Assembly: GCA_937903325.1 (NCBI GenBank)
Contig: CALCZR010000059.1
Location: forward strand, 151,547 to 215,546
Reading direction: 5' to 3'
Length of the DNA stretch: 64,000 nucleotides
From: an uncultured Candidatus Saccharibacteria bacterium
Lineage (GTDB): Bacteria; Patescibacteriota; Saccharimonadia; Saccharimonadales; AWTP1-31
The notes under the pieces are model-generated. The model saw only the letters and a list, made by a program, of their open reading frames with translations, had not been told where the DNA came from and searched no databases. Positions 1-10,538 of this stretch are shown here, piece by piece (within the stretch, counting starts at the first letter, position 1; each line of letters begins with the position of its first letter). A program made the translations under genes and the position numbers.

Positions 1-2
1 TT

Positions 3-812
3 AAACAGACACATAAAAACATAGAAGTTATTATCATAAACGATGGATCAATCGACAATACCAAAGAGGTTGCGGCGGAGCTTGTAAAGCGTTTCCCTGT
101 GGTTCGCTACTATGGTCAACAGAATCGGGGAATAATCACTACCCGTAACCGAGGGGTGAGTTTAGCCAAGGGCCAGTACCTCATCCAGCTCGATGCTGAC
201 GACTGGTTGCATCCTAAATATGTCGAGAAGACCCTGCGGGCAGCAGAAAAGCACAAAGCCGACGTTGTATATACACAGGCCAAGATCTTTGGGCGGGTAA
301 ACTTTGTAACCAATTTTCCAGACTTTAATATCGAATTCCTGAAGCACAATAACTTTATGCATGCCTCCTCACTGGTTAAGCGATCTGTCTTTAATGGTGA
401 TCGCCAGTACGATAAGTATCTTGGGGGTCTGCGAAACGAAGACTGGGACCTATTCTTGGATGCCTGTATGGACGGCAAACGAGCCGTACGGGTCAATGAG
501 CCTCTCCTGAACTACCGGAAGCATGCTGTGCACAAAAGCCGTTCAGATAACTTAGGGCAGGATAACCTCTTCAAGGATGCCTTGGTACGACACCATATCT
601 ACAGCAAGCAAAATGCCAAGCATCCTAAAGAGATGTGGTACTTTAGCCCCTATATCACCATGCTCAAGGAGTACATTGATGAAACATTGCAGCGAAAAGA
701 GGAGGCGCAGGTGGCTGCCGAAACAGCGGCTAACGCACCCGCTACCCTGAATATACGAGTTCCGGGTGGGCGCACCATAGAGAACCTTACGCGTCGTATC
801 CGTAAAGATTAA
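3..812 (+). CDS. GT2 glycosyltransferase (5'-truncated by window edge)
   Basis: Frame is open from base 3 (KQTHKNIEVIIINDGSIDNT...). NRG...RNRG and LDADD (DxD) GT2 motifs, EDWD motif. Confidence 0.85.
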   Translation, partial: KQTHKNIEVIIINDGSIDNTKEVAAELVKRFPVVRYYGQQNRGIITTRNRGVSLAKGQYLIQLDADDWLHPKYVEKTLRAAEKHKADVVYTQAKIFGRVNFVTNFPDFNIEFLKHNNFMHASSLVKRSVFNGDRQYDKYLGGLRNEDWDLFLDACMDGKRAVRVNEPLLNYRKHAVHKSRSDNLGQDNLFKDALVRHHIYSKQNAKHPKEMWYFSPYITMLKEYIDETLQRKEEAQVAAETAANAPATLNIRVPGGRTIENLTRRIRKD

Positions 813-839
813 AAGTAGAACAAGGAAGGCCTAGTCGTG

Positions 840-1808
840 CTAGCTCTTGGGCTTAGAGCGGGCTTCAAGTGACAAGCGTTGACGGTGCTTGTCTCGTAGT
901 TTTTTGTTGCCAGCGGTATTAACGGCCACAACGAGTGCAATGTTATAGAGCGGTGACACAACGAAGTTATATGCCTTGTGCTTGAGCTTGTACTGTCCGT
1001 CTCGTGCAATAAAGTTCCAGTCTAGGAGCGTGGACTTAAATACGGATAGTACGGCTGTAAGTGGACCATAGTGAGGAGTTGCTACGCCGGTGTCTGCTAG
1101 CCCAACGTATTCATCGAACTTACGGTGGAAGAACTTTTTGAGTGGGTAGTTGTGCGAATGGAACACAGAACCCATAGGGGCGTAGGCTTTAATGTAGCCT
1201 GCTTCCAAGGCGTCAGTACCAAGGGCCTGGTCTTCGGCGTATTTAACATCTCGGAAAGGGATTTTATTCAGTATGTAGTCTCTGCGGACAGCCGAGTTAA
1301 CATCCGAAAAGAATGTCATAGGGTCTTTAGTGGGGCGGTCTGTGTTAAGAGTATTCTTGCGGTGCAGCATAATGGCGTGGTCAGGCCCAAGGTTCTTAAA
1401 TACCGAGTAGACCTCACGCTTAATATGTATAGTGCAGTTGCCTCGAGGTACTTGCTTGCCAAAGACGCAGTAAACCTTATCACTCACAGCGAATGGTTCG
1501 AGCATCGACTCTAGCCAGTATTTGTGGGCAGGTACGGCATCTTGGGTAAGATATACTACGAATTCACCCTTAGCCATCTTTGCGCCAAGATTTCGTGTTT
1601 TACCATGGCCAAATTCGGTGTTAGGTATCTGGTGCAAGCGAACCTTAGGGTACTTGGAGATAATCTTGAGGGTATCATCGGTCGAACCAGAGTCAATAAT
1701 GAGCACTTCAAATTCAAAGGCACATTCTTGCTTGAAAAGCTGTTTTAGTAGCTCGGCTAAGAACTCCTGTCCGTTATATGTTGGTAGGCAGACAGTTGCT
1801 TTAATCAT
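840..1808 (-). CDS. GT2 glycosyltransferase (probable rhamnosyltransferase)
   Basis: PTYNG, IIDSGSTD, FGHGKTRN, LTQDA and AEDQ motifs; rml genes in the same locus. Confidence 0.85.
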   Translation of the reverse strand: MIKATVCLPTYNGQEFLAELLKQLFKQECAFEFEVLIIDSGSTDDTLKIISKYPKVRLHQIPNTEFGHGKTRNLGAKMAKGEFVVYLTQDAVPAHKYWLESMLEPFAVSDKVYCVFGKQVPRGNCTIHIKREVYSVFKNLGPDHAIMLHRKNTLNTDRPTKDPMTFFSDVNSAVRRDYILNKIPFRDVKYAEDQALGTDALEAGYIKAYAPMGSVFHSHNYPLKKFFHRKFDEYVGLADTGVATPHYGPLTAVLSVFKSTLLDWNFIARDGQYKLKHKAYNFVVSPLYNIALVVAVNTAGNKKLRDKHRQRLSLEARSKPKS

Positions 1809-2727
1809 GGCTCTTAATATACTCCCAGGTTTTTAAAACTCCATCTTTGAGCTCGGTTTGTGGCTTTAGGTTAAACTCTTGCTCAAATTTCGACGTGTCT
1901 AGTACGATCTGCTCTACGAAGGTAACAGGCTTAGGCTCGTGATTCACTTGGACATCCTGACCAGTAGCTTCAGTAATAACTTCCACGAGTTCATTAACTG
2001 AAACTCCATGACCGCTACCTAAGTTGTAGACCCCCTCGCTAGCTGTAGCAAACGATTCGGCGATCATCTGGGCAGCATCTTTTACGTAGAGGTAGTCACG
2101 TACCATGCTGCCGTCACCAAGAACGGTTATCGCCTCATGCTGAGCGATGCGATGCAGAAAGATTGGAATAACACCTTGCTTATTAGCCAGGGGTTGTCGT
2201 TCGCCATACGGGTTAGAGATACGGTAGATCAGGCTATTGAGCCCGTGCTTCTTCTCGAAGTAGCGCAGATAGTGCTCAATGGTTAATTTACCTATCGCAT
2301 ACGGCGAGATAGGTAATGGCAAGACGTCTTCACTGACTGAGCCACCACTGTTCAAACCGTAGATACTGCCGCCCGTGGAAGCAAAGATGACTTTCTGGAT
2401 ATTGCCGTTGTCGACACATTCTTGCAGGAGCTCAATGGTCATCCGAATGTTGGTGTCGACGTCTATGAGAGGGTCAGCTTCAGAAGTAATAGGGGTAGTT
2501 GTAGAGATAAAGTGGAACACATAGTCGATACCCTTTAGGGCGTTCTGTAGGTCGCTGCGATTCAAGAAGTCTCCAATGAACCGCTCTACCTTTGGGTTGT
2601 CGTTGAACTGGATCTGCGAGTTGCTGTAACGGTCAAAGGCACGCACGGAGTGGCCAGATGCTACGAGTGCGTCAACGAGGTGACTACCAATAAAGCCGTT
2701 ACCGCCAAGTACTAGGCAATTAGCCAT
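1801..2727 (-). CDS. NAD-dependent epimerase/dehydratase (extended SDR)
   Basis: GGNGFIG Rossmann motif, YAIGK (YxxxK), RDYLYV. Start reassigned to ATG 2727, overlapping the upstream stop. Confidence 0.88.
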   Translation of the reverse strand: MANCLVLGGNGFIGSHLVDALVASGHSVRAFDRYSNSQIQFNDNPKVERFIGDFLNRSDLQNALKGIDYVFHFISTTTPITSEADPLIDVDTNIRMTIELLQECVDNGNIQKVIFASTGGSIYGLNSGGSVSEDVLPLPISPYAIGKLTIEHYLRYFEKKHGLNSLIYRISNPYGERQPLANKQGVIPIFLHRIAQHEAITVLGDGSMVRDYLYVKDAAQMIAESFATASEGVYNLGSGHGVSVNELVEVITEATGQDVQVNHEPKPVTFVEQIVLDTSKFEQEFNLKPQTELKDGVLKTWEYIKSHD

Positions 2728-3955
2728 TGCGGAGCTTCCTTTCAACGATCTGCACAAACTTCGCTCCCGATGCGTCCCAGTTTTGGTTTGCCGGACTGTC
2801 AGAAGCTTTTTGAGAATGGGCAAGTAAGTCCTTGCGCGACACTACCTCTGACAAGCGATCTGCAAGGGCTTGTGGATTGTTGGCAACATACTCAATGTAC
2901 TTGTTATCTGAGACCTGACGGTTGTTGTCGCCGTCGTTGACGACCGGTATTACCCCACAGGCCATAAGCTCCAATGGAAGTAATGACATGTTGGTGAGTG
3001 ACATCACAAGGGCCACAGAGCAGCAATTATAGAGACCAGGCAGATCACTTAGTGGGAGGCTTGAGAGGTTCTTGAACGGGAAGGGGATGTCGTAGTCTGA
3101 AACATCCCAACCAGCTAAGTTAATGGTGTACTCAGGGTGTTTCTGGTGGAATAGGTCAAGTGCCATAATGCCGATTTCAAACCCTCGACGGGGGGTCACA
3201 GGTCGAGCATAGAAGAATATTTCCTTACGCTGTTCTTTGTTTATGTTCTCGTAGAAGGCAGTATCGGCCCCAAAGTCAAAGTGGTCCGTTTCCATCTTGA
3301 AGTCAGAGCGTAGTTTGTTGGCGAGCCAGCCACCAGCCGTAACACCGAAAAAGTTAAATCGGTAGGTGTTCTCAGCCAGGATTGATTCAGATCCGGTAGG
3401 GTAGAAGTAGGGTTCGTAATCTTGCACAAAATAAAAACGTTGGGCGTCGGACTTACTTAAGAACACTGGGTAGGCGGTTTCCCAGCCAGTAGCAAAAATC
3501 GCATCCGCTTCGGCCATTTCCCCGTCCAGCCATTCAATAGAGGCATTAATCTTGGCGTACGAGTCTTTGAGGACTTCATTAACCTCGGCTATAGAGCGCT
3601 TGTCGAAGGTGCTATATAGGTAGATCCGGCAGGTGTGACCTGCTTGCTCAAGGAAGCGAATAAAGCGAAAGAGGTTCTGGTGGCCACCACTGCCTTTGCC
3701 CGGAGGTGACATCACCCAGTTAACAGTATATGAATCTTTCTTGACGGGTTTCTTCCACTGGCGTTTTTTAGACCAATCTGCCCGCTGAGCATCTTCGTAG
3801 CTGACAAGTGTATGAAGGTGATGTTTTGTCTTGGCTCCAGGGATAATGGTGGCGTGGACTTTCTTGAGTCCTTTGACTGCCAATGTTGGTACGCCTTCGT
3901 TTTTTGCAATTCGGGAAGCGGCGAGTAGTTTTTGTCGTATATTTCTTTGAGCCAT
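2720..3955 (-). CDS. GT-B glycosyltransferase, WsaF-like rhamnosyltransferase
   Basis: GSGGH, ATGWETA, YFVQDYEPYF, YARPVTPRRGFE, SLLPLELMACG. Confidence 0.8.
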   Translation of the reverse strand: MAQRNIRQKLLAASRIAKNEGVPTLAVKGLKKVHATIIPGAKTKHHLHTLVSYEDAQRADWSKKRQWKKPVKKDSYTVNWVMSPPGKGSGGHQNLFRFIRFLEQAGHTCRIYLYSTFDKRSIAEVNEVLKDSYAKINASIEWLDGEMAEADAIFATGWETAYPVFLSKSDAQRFYFVQDYEPYFYPTGSESILAENTYRFNFFGVTAGGWLANKLRSDFKMETDHFDFGADTAFYENINKEQRKEIFFYARPVTPRRGFEIGIMALDLFHQKHPEYTINLAGWDVSDYDIPFPFKNLSSLPLSDLPGLYNCCSVALVMSLTNMSLLPLELMACGVIPVVNDGDNNRQVSDNKYIEYVANNPQALADRLSEVVSRKDLLAHSQKASDSPANQNWDASGAKFVQIVERKLRNG

Positions 3956-4062
3956 AGTCCAGCCCTTAGTATAGCAAACAAGCGGCGGGTAATTGTAAGA
4001 CTAACTAAATGGTGTTAAAATCTATATAGTGCATACGCTTAAAGAGCTTAAAATAAAAAGAC

Positions 4063-4611
4063 ATGAAAAAAATAAACTTTAGATCACGTACCACCGTAAT
4101 AACTCTTGTAACCCTGGGAGTACTGCTTATTGGGGGAGGTCTTGTCTGGGCTCAACCGTGGAATAACGACGACACTAAAAAACCTGTTGTAAATGGTCCA
4201 GATCGACCGCAGCCCATAAGCGGAGAAGCCAATCTAGATCCTCCAACAGAGCAAGAGAAGCAAGAGGCAGAAGCGCACAAAGATGAACTTGTACAGCAGC
4301 AAAACGAAGCTAACCAGACACCAAGCAACCAGAAGAAGCAAGTAACGGTGACTATTACCAATGCGACTAAATCTATGACGAATGTCTATGTCAGCGGCGT
4401 GGTGGAGGACGGAGGTGAATGCAGCGCAGTATATAAGAAGGGTTTTACCACTGTAACGGCAACGTCAGCAGGATTCAGTAACGCGACAACTACTAACTGT
4501 GAACCGCTGACGCCAAACCTGCCTTCTGACGGTGATTGGTCAGTAACAGTTAGCTATAACTCTGCTCGAGCTTCAGGTAGCTCTGCAGCGGTAACATTTA
4601 AGACGCCCTAA
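4063..4611 (+). CDS. Membrane-anchored hypothetical protein with a C-terminal beta-rich (Ig-like) domain
   Basis: N-terminal TM helix, Gln/Glu/Pro linker, small beta-rich domain with a Cys pair. Confidence 0.7.
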   Translation: MKKINFRSRTTVITLVTLGVLLIGGGLVWAQPWNNDDTKKPVVNGPDRPQPISGEANLDPPTEQEKQEAEAHKDELVQQQNEANQTPSNQKKQVTVTITNATKSMTNVYVSGVVEDGGECSAVYKKGFTTVTATSAGFSNATTTNCEPLTPNLPSDGDWSVTVSYNSARASGSSAAVTFKTP

Positions 4612-4614
4612 CTT

Positions 4615-6975
4615 ATGATGAAATTGCATCGTACCATCAGCATTATGTCGTCCACAGTAGTTGGACTATTTCTGCTTGTTGCCGTTGCCGCTCCCATTAA
4701 GAGCGCAGCACTTTCTGGCAGTGACTTCAACGTCGCTCGAATTATTGATGATACGGTCTTCTTTAACCCAAGCACCATGAATGAAGGAGATATTCAAAAC
4801 TTCTTGAATGCCAAAGTCCCCTCATGTGATGTATGGGGTACGGGGCCGTCTGGCCGCAGTGGCTATGCAACTCGTGCTGACTGGGGTAGGGCAAACGGTA
4901 ATCCACCGCCATACACCTGTTTGCGTGACTACTCCCAACAGGCGAGCGGCATCGCGGCAAATAGCTACTGTGGAGCGTTAAACGGTGGTACGCGGTCTGC
5001 AGCTAACACTATCTTTGACGTATCCCGAGCCTGTAACCTAAATCCACAAACCATATTAGTACTACTCCAAAAAGAGCAGAGCCTTATTACTGACGATTGG
5101 CCTTGGCCTATCCAGTATCGCAGCGCCACTGGATATGGCTGTCCTGACACTGCTCCGTGTGACGCCGAGTATTATGGCTTCTTTAACCAAGTTTATAACG
5201 CAGCTAAACAGTTTAGGCGCTATACGATGCAGCCTAACTCATTTAACTATGCCTCCGGCCGCACGAGCTTTATATCGTATCAAGCTAATAACCCTGGTTG
5301 TAGCGGTACGAATGTAACAATACAAAACGGAGCGACAGCTGCCCTATATAACTACACACCGTACCAGCCGAATGCTGCTGCCCTTGCTAATCTGTACGGC
5401 ACAGGAGATGGGTGCAGTGCCTATGGCAACCGTAACTTCTGGCGTATGTTCAATGACTGGTTTGGCCCAACACTCGGTGACCTCGTGCGCACTCCCGATG
5501 ACGCCACGGTATATCTCATTAGCGGTATTTACAAGTATCCTATTGCAGATGGGTCGGTGCTGAACGACTTTGGTGGCCTTGGACCTATACGCTTTGTGAC
5601 TAATGAATACATAGGCAATAAGACGACCGGGCCAGTACTAGGGCATATGGTTGGTGCGCCAGATGGCACGCTGTACTTTGTGAATGCCGGCATAAAACTA
5701 CCGTTTACTTCCTGTGACATGGTTGCCCAGTACGGATATAGCTGTAGCCAGGTTATTCAACTCAGCGACGGGCAGCTCAGCAGGCTGTATACCGGGCCCA
5801 ATATTACTGCCTATTACAACACTACATCAGGTAAGAGGTTCTACATATCAGGTGGTCAGAAGCGAGAAGTATTTGATACCACTTCCCTTACGCAAGCCTC
5901 GCTCGGTGGCAACGCCAATACCTTACTCGAAGCAGGGCTATCGTATCTTCCGTACGGTCAGCCTGTTATCCGAAACGGCGTCATAGCTACCAGTAGGGCC
6001 TCGGGCACGGAGTTCTATTACGACACAAGTCAATATATGGCTATAGGGAGTGACTTTAAGAATTCTAGTAGCTTCGCCAGCCTACCGCACAGTTCTCTCG
6101 ATGATGCTTCCATTCCATCTGGTCAGCGAGCAACTGGATTCAAGGGCTTCATTAAGAATAACGCCTCATCTCAGTACTACGTTATTACGGATACTGGCAA
6201 AGCAGCGCTAACTAACCCGAGCAGCTGGACCGGCAGCTTTACGACCATGAGTGATAGCTTCTTGAGTTCTTCGCCAACCAATAGTACCGGGCAGATTAAC
6301 AATGGGGTCGTAAAGTCGACCGACGACGGTACGGTTTACTATGTAACCGGTGCTAAGAAGCGACCAATTGCTAGCTGGAACGACCTGGTAACGTTGAGCG
6401 GTGGTTCAGTGACCATTACGACACTCAAGAACGCTACTATTAACGGCATAACCAACGGACCACTGTACTCAGCTCCCGGCACGCTCATTAAGTCTGTTAG
6501 TAATGCCACGGTGTACATTGTTAGTGGAGATACGCAGCTGTACCCAATCTCGAGCTTTACTTTCCCACAAGAAATGGGCCTGGCATTAAGCGTTCGGACA
6601 ATATCAGATGCAGATGTACAGACTTACAGTGTCCAGAATACGACGCTCCGCAATAAGCTCCTGTGTAACAGTAAGTATTACGTGGCCAACAAGGGTGAAA
6701 TGTGGGAAGTACCGTCAGGGCTCATGGCTGAATATGGGTTTCAGTCTGGTGACTTCCAGGACGTTGGGGCAAGTCTCTGCAGTGCCCTCAAGAAGTACAG
6801 TACTCTCACGAGATACATCCGAACAAGTGACGGAACCATCTACTACATAACAGGTGGTAAGAAGCGTGCTTTTACGTCATACCAGACGTACACATCCAGT
6901 GGTGGTAGCGCGGCGAACACTGCTTTAGTTTCGGATTTCTTTGCTACAATGATTAGCAGTGGCCCAAATATGTAA
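4615..6975 (+). CDS. Secreted protein: Cys-rich putative lysozyme-like domain plus C-terminal surface repeats
   Basis: Signal peptide; LLQKEQSLI...ATGYGCPD...ALYNYTPY...YGNRNFW block; repeats of the type DGTxYyIxGxKKRxF. Confidence 0.65.
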   Translation: MMKLHRTISIMSSTVVGLFLLVAVAAPIKSAALSGSDFNVARIIDDTVFFNPSTMNEGDIQNFLNAKVPSCDVWGTGPSGRSGYATRADWGRANGNPPPYTCLRDYSQQASGIAANSYCGALNGGTRSAANTIFDVSRACNLNPQTILVLLQKEQSLITDDWPWPIQYRSATGYGCPDTAPCDAEYYGFFNQVYNAAKQFRRYTMQPNSFNYASGRTSFISYQANNPGCSGTNVTIQNGATAALYNYTPYQPNAAALANLYGTGDGCSAYGNRNFWRMFNDWFGPTLGDLVRTPDDATVYLISGIYKYPIADGSVLNDFGGLGPIRFVTNEYIGNKTTGPVLGHMVGAPDGTLYFVNAGIKLPFTSCDMVAQYGYSCSQVIQLSDGQLSRLYTGPNITAYYNTTSGKRFYISGGQKREVFDTTSLTQASLGGNANTLLEAGLSYLPYGQPVIRNGVIATSRASGTEFYYDTSQYMAIGSDFKNSSSFASLPHSSLDDASIPSGQRATGFKGFIKNNASSQYYVITDTGKAALTNPSSWTGSFTTMSDSFLSSSPTNSTGQINNGVVKSTDDGTVYYVTGAKKRPIASWNDLVTLSGGSVTITTLKNATINGITNGPLYSAPGTLIKSVSNATVYIVSGDTQLYPISSFTFPQEMGLALSVRTISDADVQTYSVQNTTLRNKLLCNSKYYVANKGEMWEVPSGLMAEYGFQSGDFQDVGASLCSALKKYSTLTRYIRTSDGTIYYITGGKKRAFTSYQTYTSSGGSAANTALVSDFFATMISSGPNM

Positions 6976-7008
6976 AACTTGCCAGTAGTTGGCAATAAGG
7001 CGGCAATC

Positions 7009-8433
7009 ATGCGGTTAGTAAACCCTAGGTCCATCTTTAAGAGGACTCGGAAACTTGAGAACATTTCTCCAGTAAAGTTCTTTATTATATTGGCAGCCAT
7101 ATTTGGCCTAACTTTCTTGCTCATCACTCCACCGTTTCAGGGGGCTGACGAAACAACTCATTTCCTGCGAGCCTACCAGGTTTCCAAGCCTGACTTTATG
7201 TCAGACAAGCAGGGCACGGATGTCGGTGGAGTCTTGCCGGTATCCATTGGACAGGCTATAGACGCCGTGCACCCAGACGCGGTTACCTTTTACCCTGCTC
7301 TCAAGTATGATGGACACCGCACCCGAATAGCCCTCGGCGTAGATAACACTCCAAAAGAAAAGTTCTACTCCTTCCCCGGAACGGCTAGCTACTCCCCGGT
7401 AGCCTACCTAGGCGCCGCGCCAGGGATAGCAGTCAGCAGGCTGCTGAGACTGCCAAGCATTGTCGCACTATATGCAGGACGCCTTGGGAATCTTTTGCTC
7501 TGGATCGGGATGCTTGCCTGGGCAATCGCCCTTATACCACGTCGCAAGTGGGTCTTAGTATTCTTAGGGCTACTCCCCATGGCCCTGTTCCAGGCAGCTA
7601 CTATTAATGGGGACGCCGTAACCTTTGGTAGTCTTGCATTGCTACTAGCGATGGTGCTCAACTTTAGAGAGCAGAAGAAGCTTAGCAACAAGCAGTTATT
7701 GCTGCTGGTGAGTGTCGCCACCATTATGGTGCTTGGTAAACAGGTTATGATCCTCTTCCTGCCACTATTCCTGCTGCTCAAGAAAGAGTCCTTTGCCGTT
7801 AAGGGCAAGCGGACACACCTACTTATTAAGTTTGGTCTCATGGTCTTGCCGTTCCTCATTTACTGCGCATGGGTGCTACTTTCCAAAGACGTTGGCGGCG
7901 GCGGGCCCTATACTCACGGTGAAGACCCCAGTAAGCAGCTGAGCTTTGTAATGCATAACCCCCACAGTTTTCTTAATGTACTGTGGAACACCTACTTCTT
8001 TACCTGGGGAGACGGCATTACTCGTTCGCTTATCGGCTCATTCGGGTGGAATGACGCACCACTTTCTGAACTCATCGTAAGTATTGGATACGCAGGCGGT
8101 GCACTCCTGGCCTTTAGTACCTATAGGAAGTCGGACGACCTGGCCTTGAGTCGCTACGAGAAATTCCTGATTGCAGCCATGGCTGCACTGTATCTGGTCG
8201 GGGTCAGTGCTTCACTGTACCTGTTCTACTCACCAGTCGCCTACAAGATTGTATACGGCCTACAAGGCAGATACTTTATTCCAATGCTGGCACTGCTCCT
8301 GCCATTCGTGGCCAGTAAAAAGATCAAGCTAGACCAAGATCTATACCTCAAAGTTGCGGTTGCCCTGCCAACCTTCTTGCTTATTGCCAGTACGATCACT
8401 ATCTATGTCCGTTACTACATACACAACGTGTAA
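7009..8433 (+). CDS. DUF2142-like multi-pass membrane protein (putative GT-C glycosyltransferase)
   Basis: PPFQGADETTHFLRAY loop after TM1, about 10 TM helices, QGRYFIP near the C-terminus. Confidence 0.75.
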   Translation: MRLVNPRSIFKRTRKLENISPVKFFIILAAIFGLTFLLITPPFQGADETTHFLRAYQVSKPDFMSDKQGTDVGGVLPVSIGQAIDAVHPDAVTFYPALKYDGHRTRIALGVDNTPKEKFYSFPGTASYSPVAYLGAAPGIAVSRLLRLPSIVALYAGRLGNLLLWIGMLAWAIALIPRRKWVLVFLGLLPMALFQAATINGDAVTFGSLALLLAMVLNFREQKKLSNKQLLLLVSVATIMVLGKQVMILFLPLFLLLKKESFAVKGKRTHLLIKFGLMVLPFLIYCAWVLLSKDVGGGGPYTHGEDPSKQLSFVMHNPHSFLNVLWNTYFFTWGDGITRSLIGSFGWNDAPLSELIVSIGYAGGALLAFSTYRKSDDLALSRYEKFLIAAMAALYLVGVSASLYLFYSPVAYKIVYGLQGRYFIPMLALLLPFVASKKIKLDQDLYLKVAVALPTFLLIASTITIYVRYYIHNV

Positions 8434-8488
8434 ACACTTACCAAACCGAAAGATGCCGGCGACAGCGGGCTTGTTGAGGATAGACTGC

Positions 8489-8842
8489 TTACTTGTGTAG
8501 ATTAAGTAGGACGAGGCCGCCAAAGATAAGGACGATACCCATTATGCGTGCTACCGTGAAGGCTTCTTTAAAGATAAGGAAGGATGCCGAGAAGATAAAG
8601 ATGTAGATAAGGGCGGTTGAGACAGGGACAATATAGCCCAGGTCATTCTGAGAGATAAGGTAGGTATAGACGACAAAACTGAAGCCGTAGAGCATTAGGC
8701 CGGCAATAACGTAAGGTGTCAGGTTAAGGCTGAGCTTACTGTCCACAAAAGATACTGGTGCGCCAGATCGGCTACCAAGCTTGAGGAAGATTAAACCCAA
8801 AGAGGAAGACATTGTGTACACAAGAAGAATGAGATTCGCCAT
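8489..8842 (-). CDS. Small 4-TM EamA/SMR-like (ArnE/F-like) flippase or transporter subunit
   Basis: 117 aa, four hydrophobic helices, ...FKE...RIMGIVLIFGG. Confidence 0.65.
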   Translation of the reverse strand: MANLILLVYTMSSSLGLIFLKLGSRSGAPVSFVDSKLSLNLTPYVIAGLMLYGFSFVVYTYLISQNDLGYIVPVSTALIYIFIFSASFLIFKEAFTVARIMGIVLIFGGLVLLNLHK

Positions 8843-8907
8843 TTATATAAGTATACAGTATGGGCAGTCAATTAACGGGCATACCGAACGCGCAAGGGAG
8901 GTTCGAT

Positions 8908-9471
8908 TCATAAACACTCCTCTAAGAGCTCAGGAAAGGCCTCAGTGCCCAAATCTTCGTAACAAAAATGTCCATAATTATGGAAGTCGATAAATTTTGC
9001 CGACGGTATTTTATTGCGTAGAAAGTCAACGCTGTCACGGATGTCTTGAGCGTCGTTGTCTGAGGAGAGAATTGTCAATGTTTCTGTCTGACGAATTATT
9101 TCAGGATTAAAATCAAAGTCGAAAAATTTAGTACCATCTTCTTTCTTCACATTTAGCCAGGGGGCTACTAGAACTATTTTGCGAACCTGTAGGTCAGGAT
9201 GCTCTGACAAGTATCGAATCCAGAATCCACCGCCTGTACTGTGGCCAACTAGGATTGTATCTTTGTGTATGTCAAATCGCTCAACTTCTTTGAGCCAGAC
9301 ATTGTACTGGGGTTCATAGGCGTCGGGGCACTCAGGAGTGTCTGCTTTAATCCCTTTAGTCATTAACTGGTTTTGGAGCCAGCTTATCCAATGGGAGTTA
9401 CTGGCACTGGGCTGATTACCGTCAAAGTACTCTTCTTTACCTGGTCGCCCATGAAGGATGATCGCATTCAT
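8908..9471 (-). CDS. RBBP9/YdeN-family alpha/beta hydrolase
   Basis: ILHG, VGHSTGG nucleophile elbow, LVAPW, SDND, GHF. Confidence 0.85.
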   Translation of the reverse strand: MNAIILHGRPGKEEYFDGNQPSASNSHWISWLQNQLMTKGIKADTPECPDAYEPQYNVWLKEVERFDIHKDTILVGHSTGGGFWIRYLSEHPDLQVRKIVLVAPWLNVKKEDGTKFFDFDFNPEIIRQTETLTILSSDNDAQDIRDSVDFLRNKIPSAKFIDFHNYGHFCYEDLGTEAFPELLEECL

Positions 9472-9510
9472 GGGTACATCATATCAGAGTAAAGTTCTGA
9501 GAAGGTAAAG

Positions 9511-10488
9511 CTAGCAGTTACTACGATACCAATCGATGGTTTCTTTGAGGCCGTCCCTAATGACAAATGGTTCGAAGTCGATCAGCTTATACATCTTACT
9601 GACATCCAGTGACCGAGCTTTGACGCCAATAGGTTTTGTCTTGTCTAGGGTCACAGCATTCTTGGCGTCGTACTCATCAGATATGTAGGTAGCCAGATCC
9701 AGGATAGAAACCTGGTCTTTGGTGGCAATGTTCAAGGCTTCCGGCTTTTTCTTTTCGATCATCTGCAGCGTGGCAAAGACAAGGTCCTTAACATAAATAA
9801 AGCTGCGAGTTTGTTTACCATCACCCCAAATTTCAATGTTTTCACCGTCTGCTACCTTACGAATCATGCTCGGTATAACTCGGTTATTGTTTGCACTGAA
9901 GTTGTCTCGAGGTCCGTAGACATTGGTAGGTCGGGGAATGTAGATCTGCATACCGTATTGGTTGTGGTGTAGTTCGGCCAAGATCTCGGTGAAGACCTTA
10001 GAAAGCACGTAGCCATTTTTAGTGTAGTCCAGGTATTTATGGTAATCGTCGGCTTCGGTAATTTCACCCGGAGCATCTGGTGAGTAAATCTCGGCAGAGC
10101 TCAGCAGAACGACGTCCGTAATGCCATTGGTTCGACAGCTGTTTAATACATTGGATACTAGGCGGTTATTGGTATCAAGGATCTCTGCGGCGTAGGTAAG
10201 TTTGTATTCGGTATTACCATCGAGTGCGGCGCAGTGGATAAAGCAATCAATCTTGGTGGCTGCATATCTGCAGACAGCCTCAATTTCATTGCGGTCAAGA
10301 ATATCTACCTGAATATAGCGGACGGTATCGGGGTGTCCATATGTTGGCAGTCCTTCTTTACTTGGCGTGCGGTACACACAAATAACATTAGCGCCAGCAT
10401 TGGCTAGTTCTTCGACAAAGTGAGACCCAATAAAGCCAAGTCCGCCAGACACCATAACGGTCTTACCCTTCCAGAACGATTTCTTCAC
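9511..10488 (-). CDS. NAD-dependent NDP-sugar epimerase/reductase (extended SDR)
   Basis: GGLGFIG, YVLSK, NVYGPRDNF, WGDGKQTRSFIYV. Confidence 0.85.
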   Translation of the reverse strand: MKKSFWKGKTVMVSGGLGFIGSHFVEELANAGANVICVYRTPSKEGLPTYGHPDTVRYIQVDILDRNEIEAVCRYAATKIDCFIHCAALDGNTEYKLTYAAEILDTNNRLVSNVLNSCRTNGITDVVLLSSAEIYSPDAPGEITEADDYHKYLDYTKNGYVLSKVFTEILAELHHNQYGMQIYIPRPTNVYGPRDNFSANNNRVIPSMIRKVADGENIEIWGDGKQTRSFIYVKDLVFATLQMIEKKKPEALNIATKDQVSILDLATYISDEYDAKNAVTLDKTKPIGVKARSLDVSKMYKLIDFEPFVIRDGLKETIDWYRSNC

Positions 10489-10538
10489 TGTATTCTCCCG
10501 TTACTCATCTACGCTAATTGTAGCAAACCATATCCAGC

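Noticed and set aside
8884-8904. CGAAC...GTTCG as a LexA (Cheo) box
   Set aside because: The spacer is 11 nt rather than 4; more likely a weak hairpin after the hydrolase stop codon.
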